Below are positions 50,963 to 52,804 of a stretch of DNA of 52,804 nt, in pieces; position 1 is the first letter of the stretch, and the number at the start of each line of letters is the position of its first letter. The DNA is from Ylistrum balloti. Taxonomy: Eukaryota. The DNA is taken from NCBI RefSeq assembly GCF_031769215.1, contig NW_026782145.1, positions 1,178,001 to 1,230,804 of the forward strand, given 5' to 3'. The position numbers and the translations under genes are program-made. A model generated the notes under the pieces. It did not search any database. It saw only the letters and a program-made list of their open reading frames with translations, and was not told the origin of the DNA.

Positions 50963-52804
50963 GGTAGCCCTGACATGAAGGCTTTCTACAATGGGCTCAA
51001 GGAAGTTTGGGGACCCCAGAAAAAAGGACCTGTACAACTGAAGTCAGCGGACGGGCTGGAAACAATCTCAGACAACAAAGAAGTTCTGGCTAGATGGAGT
51101 GAACACTTCCAGAAGCTCTTAAATGTTCCCGGAGAGATTCAGACTGAAGCCCTTGACAACATACAGCAGCGGACCACCAAACACTACCTTGATGAGACTC
51201 CATCCATGAACGAGGTGACAAAAGCTATTGCTGGATTGAAAGATGGCAGAGCCCCCGGTGAAGATGGAATACCCGCGGAAGTATGGAAACATGGAGGTAC
51301 CAAATTAGTGGACAGGCTGCACCAGCTGATATGCAGTGCATGGGATGAAGGCACAGTTCCAAAAGCCTGGAAGGATGCAAGTATTGTAACCATCTACAAG
51401 AAAGGAGACAGGTCAGATTGCGGAAACTATCGAGGAATCTCTCTGTTGTCCATTGCTGGCAAAGTCTTCGCTAGGATCCTTCTGAACAGACTCTCCAAGC
51501 ATGTCACTCCAGAAATAGTTCCCGAGTCACAGTGTGGTTTCAGGCCCAATAGGAGCACCATCGACATGATCTTCAGCCTCCGACAGTTACAAGAAAAGTG
51601 TATCGAGCAGGACCAGCCACTGTACGTTGTATTTGTAGACTTCACTAAAGCCTTTGATACAGTTGGAAGAACAGGTCTGTGGCAGCTGCTGAGGATGTAT
51701 GGATGCCCTGATAAGTTCACATCCATGATTGAGTCGCTGCACACAGGGATGAAGGCCAAAGTCAGCGATGGAGTGGAAACATCCGATGCTTTTGAAGTTA
51801 CAAGTGGAGTCAAACAAGGCTGTGTACTAGCACCTACTCTCTTCTCCATATTCCTATCAGCGATGCTGGATGAAGCTTTCAGAGACTTGACAGATGGTGT
51901 CTACATCCAGTCAAGGCAAGATGCAGACCTCTTTAAGGTCACACACTTCAAGGCAAGAACCAAGAGCATCCAGGTACTGATAAGGGAGCTACTCTTCGCA
52001 GATGACAGTGCCCTACTTGCCCACTCACCACAGGAAATTCAACGCATAGTAAATGCCTTCTCGGAAGCATCAAAGAAATTTGGACTAAAGATAAACATCA
52101 AGAAAACTGAAGTGCTATACCAACCAGACTCTTCAAAGTCCCAGGAGGTGGATATACTGGTCGATGGTATCAAACTAAATTCTGTCCCAGAGTTCACCTA
52201 TCTTGGTAGCACAGCAGCGAAAGATGGGCGTATTGATGCCGAAATACAGAGAAGAATTGCTAAGGCCAGTTCATCTTTTGGCAGATTACATCAGAGACTC
52301 TGGAACAACCATCATGTTTCATTGAAGGTGAAAGGAAAGATATACAGAGCCATTGTCATATCCACTCTCTTGTATGGAGCCGAGTCGTGGACGGTATACA
52401 GAAGCCATGTGAAGAAGCTTCATGCTTTTATGATGCGGCACCTTAGAACCATCATAAAAGTAACCTGGAAAGACAAAGTTACCAACAAGGAAATACTTGA
52501 AAGAACTGGATTAACACCCATGGAAGACATGCTGATCAGAAAGAACCTTCGATGGACAGGGCACATCATGAGGATGCCGCAAGACCGACTTCCAAAACAG
52601 ATCCTGTTCTCACAGCTTCCAGTTGGTAGTAGGAAGAGAGGCAGACCCCGACTACGGTTTAAAGATACAGTCAAAAGAAATTTGAAACGGAGGAACATCA
52701 ACTTGAATTCCTGGCCAGAGTTGTGTAATGACAGAAGCATATGGAGATCAGCGGTTGGATAGAACAGAGGAACAGACTTTGTCGCATTGCGACCGTCAGC
52801 ATAG
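50963..52804 (+). mobile_element. 5'-truncated RTE-clade LINE with an uninterrupted 595-codon RT ORF (50975-52762), inserted in sense into an intron of the RRM gene
   Basis: MKAFYNGLK, APGEDGIPAEVWK, NYRGISLLSIAGK, QCGFRPNRST, FVDFTKAFDTV, GVKQGCVLAPTLF, LLFADD, YLGS, LLYGAESW and RWTGHIMRM..RLPKQ..RGRPRLRFKD. No endonuclease domain. Visibly GC-richer than its flanks; the 3' end is off-window. Confidence 0.96.

Noticed and set aside
51184-52740. Minus-strand ORFs of 69-140 aa
   Set aside because: Antisense shadows of the RTE ORF.

Overview
AT-rich, intron-containing animal genomic DNA. The gene orthologues and repeat families point to a bivalve mollusc (inference). Splicing GT-AG exons by hand gives seven protein-coding genes on strictly alternating strands: CKS1-like (+, 2750-4906), ODF3/CIMAP1-like (-, 9668-14085), SPG21/maspardin (+, 15353-22165), MRPL34 (-, 26929-29168, absent from the ORF track), ABHD8 (+, 31199-35061), MFSD3 (-, 41355-43941) and the 5' part of an RRM-domain gene (+, from ~48925, running off the window). 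They form three head-to-head pairs. The MRPL34/ABHD8 pair is also a divergent neighbour pair in human. Mobile DNA comprises two decayed CR1/L2-type LINEs, a 5'-truncated RTE LINE with an uninterrupted ORF, Helentron/HINE-like elements, tRNA-derived SINE relics and several minisatellites. One minisatellite grew out of the ABHD8 stop codon. I found no prokaryotic features, CRISPR arrays or rRNA/tRNA genes. Most short ORFs in the track are artefacts. Orthology calls rest on recalled protein sequences, not database searches.
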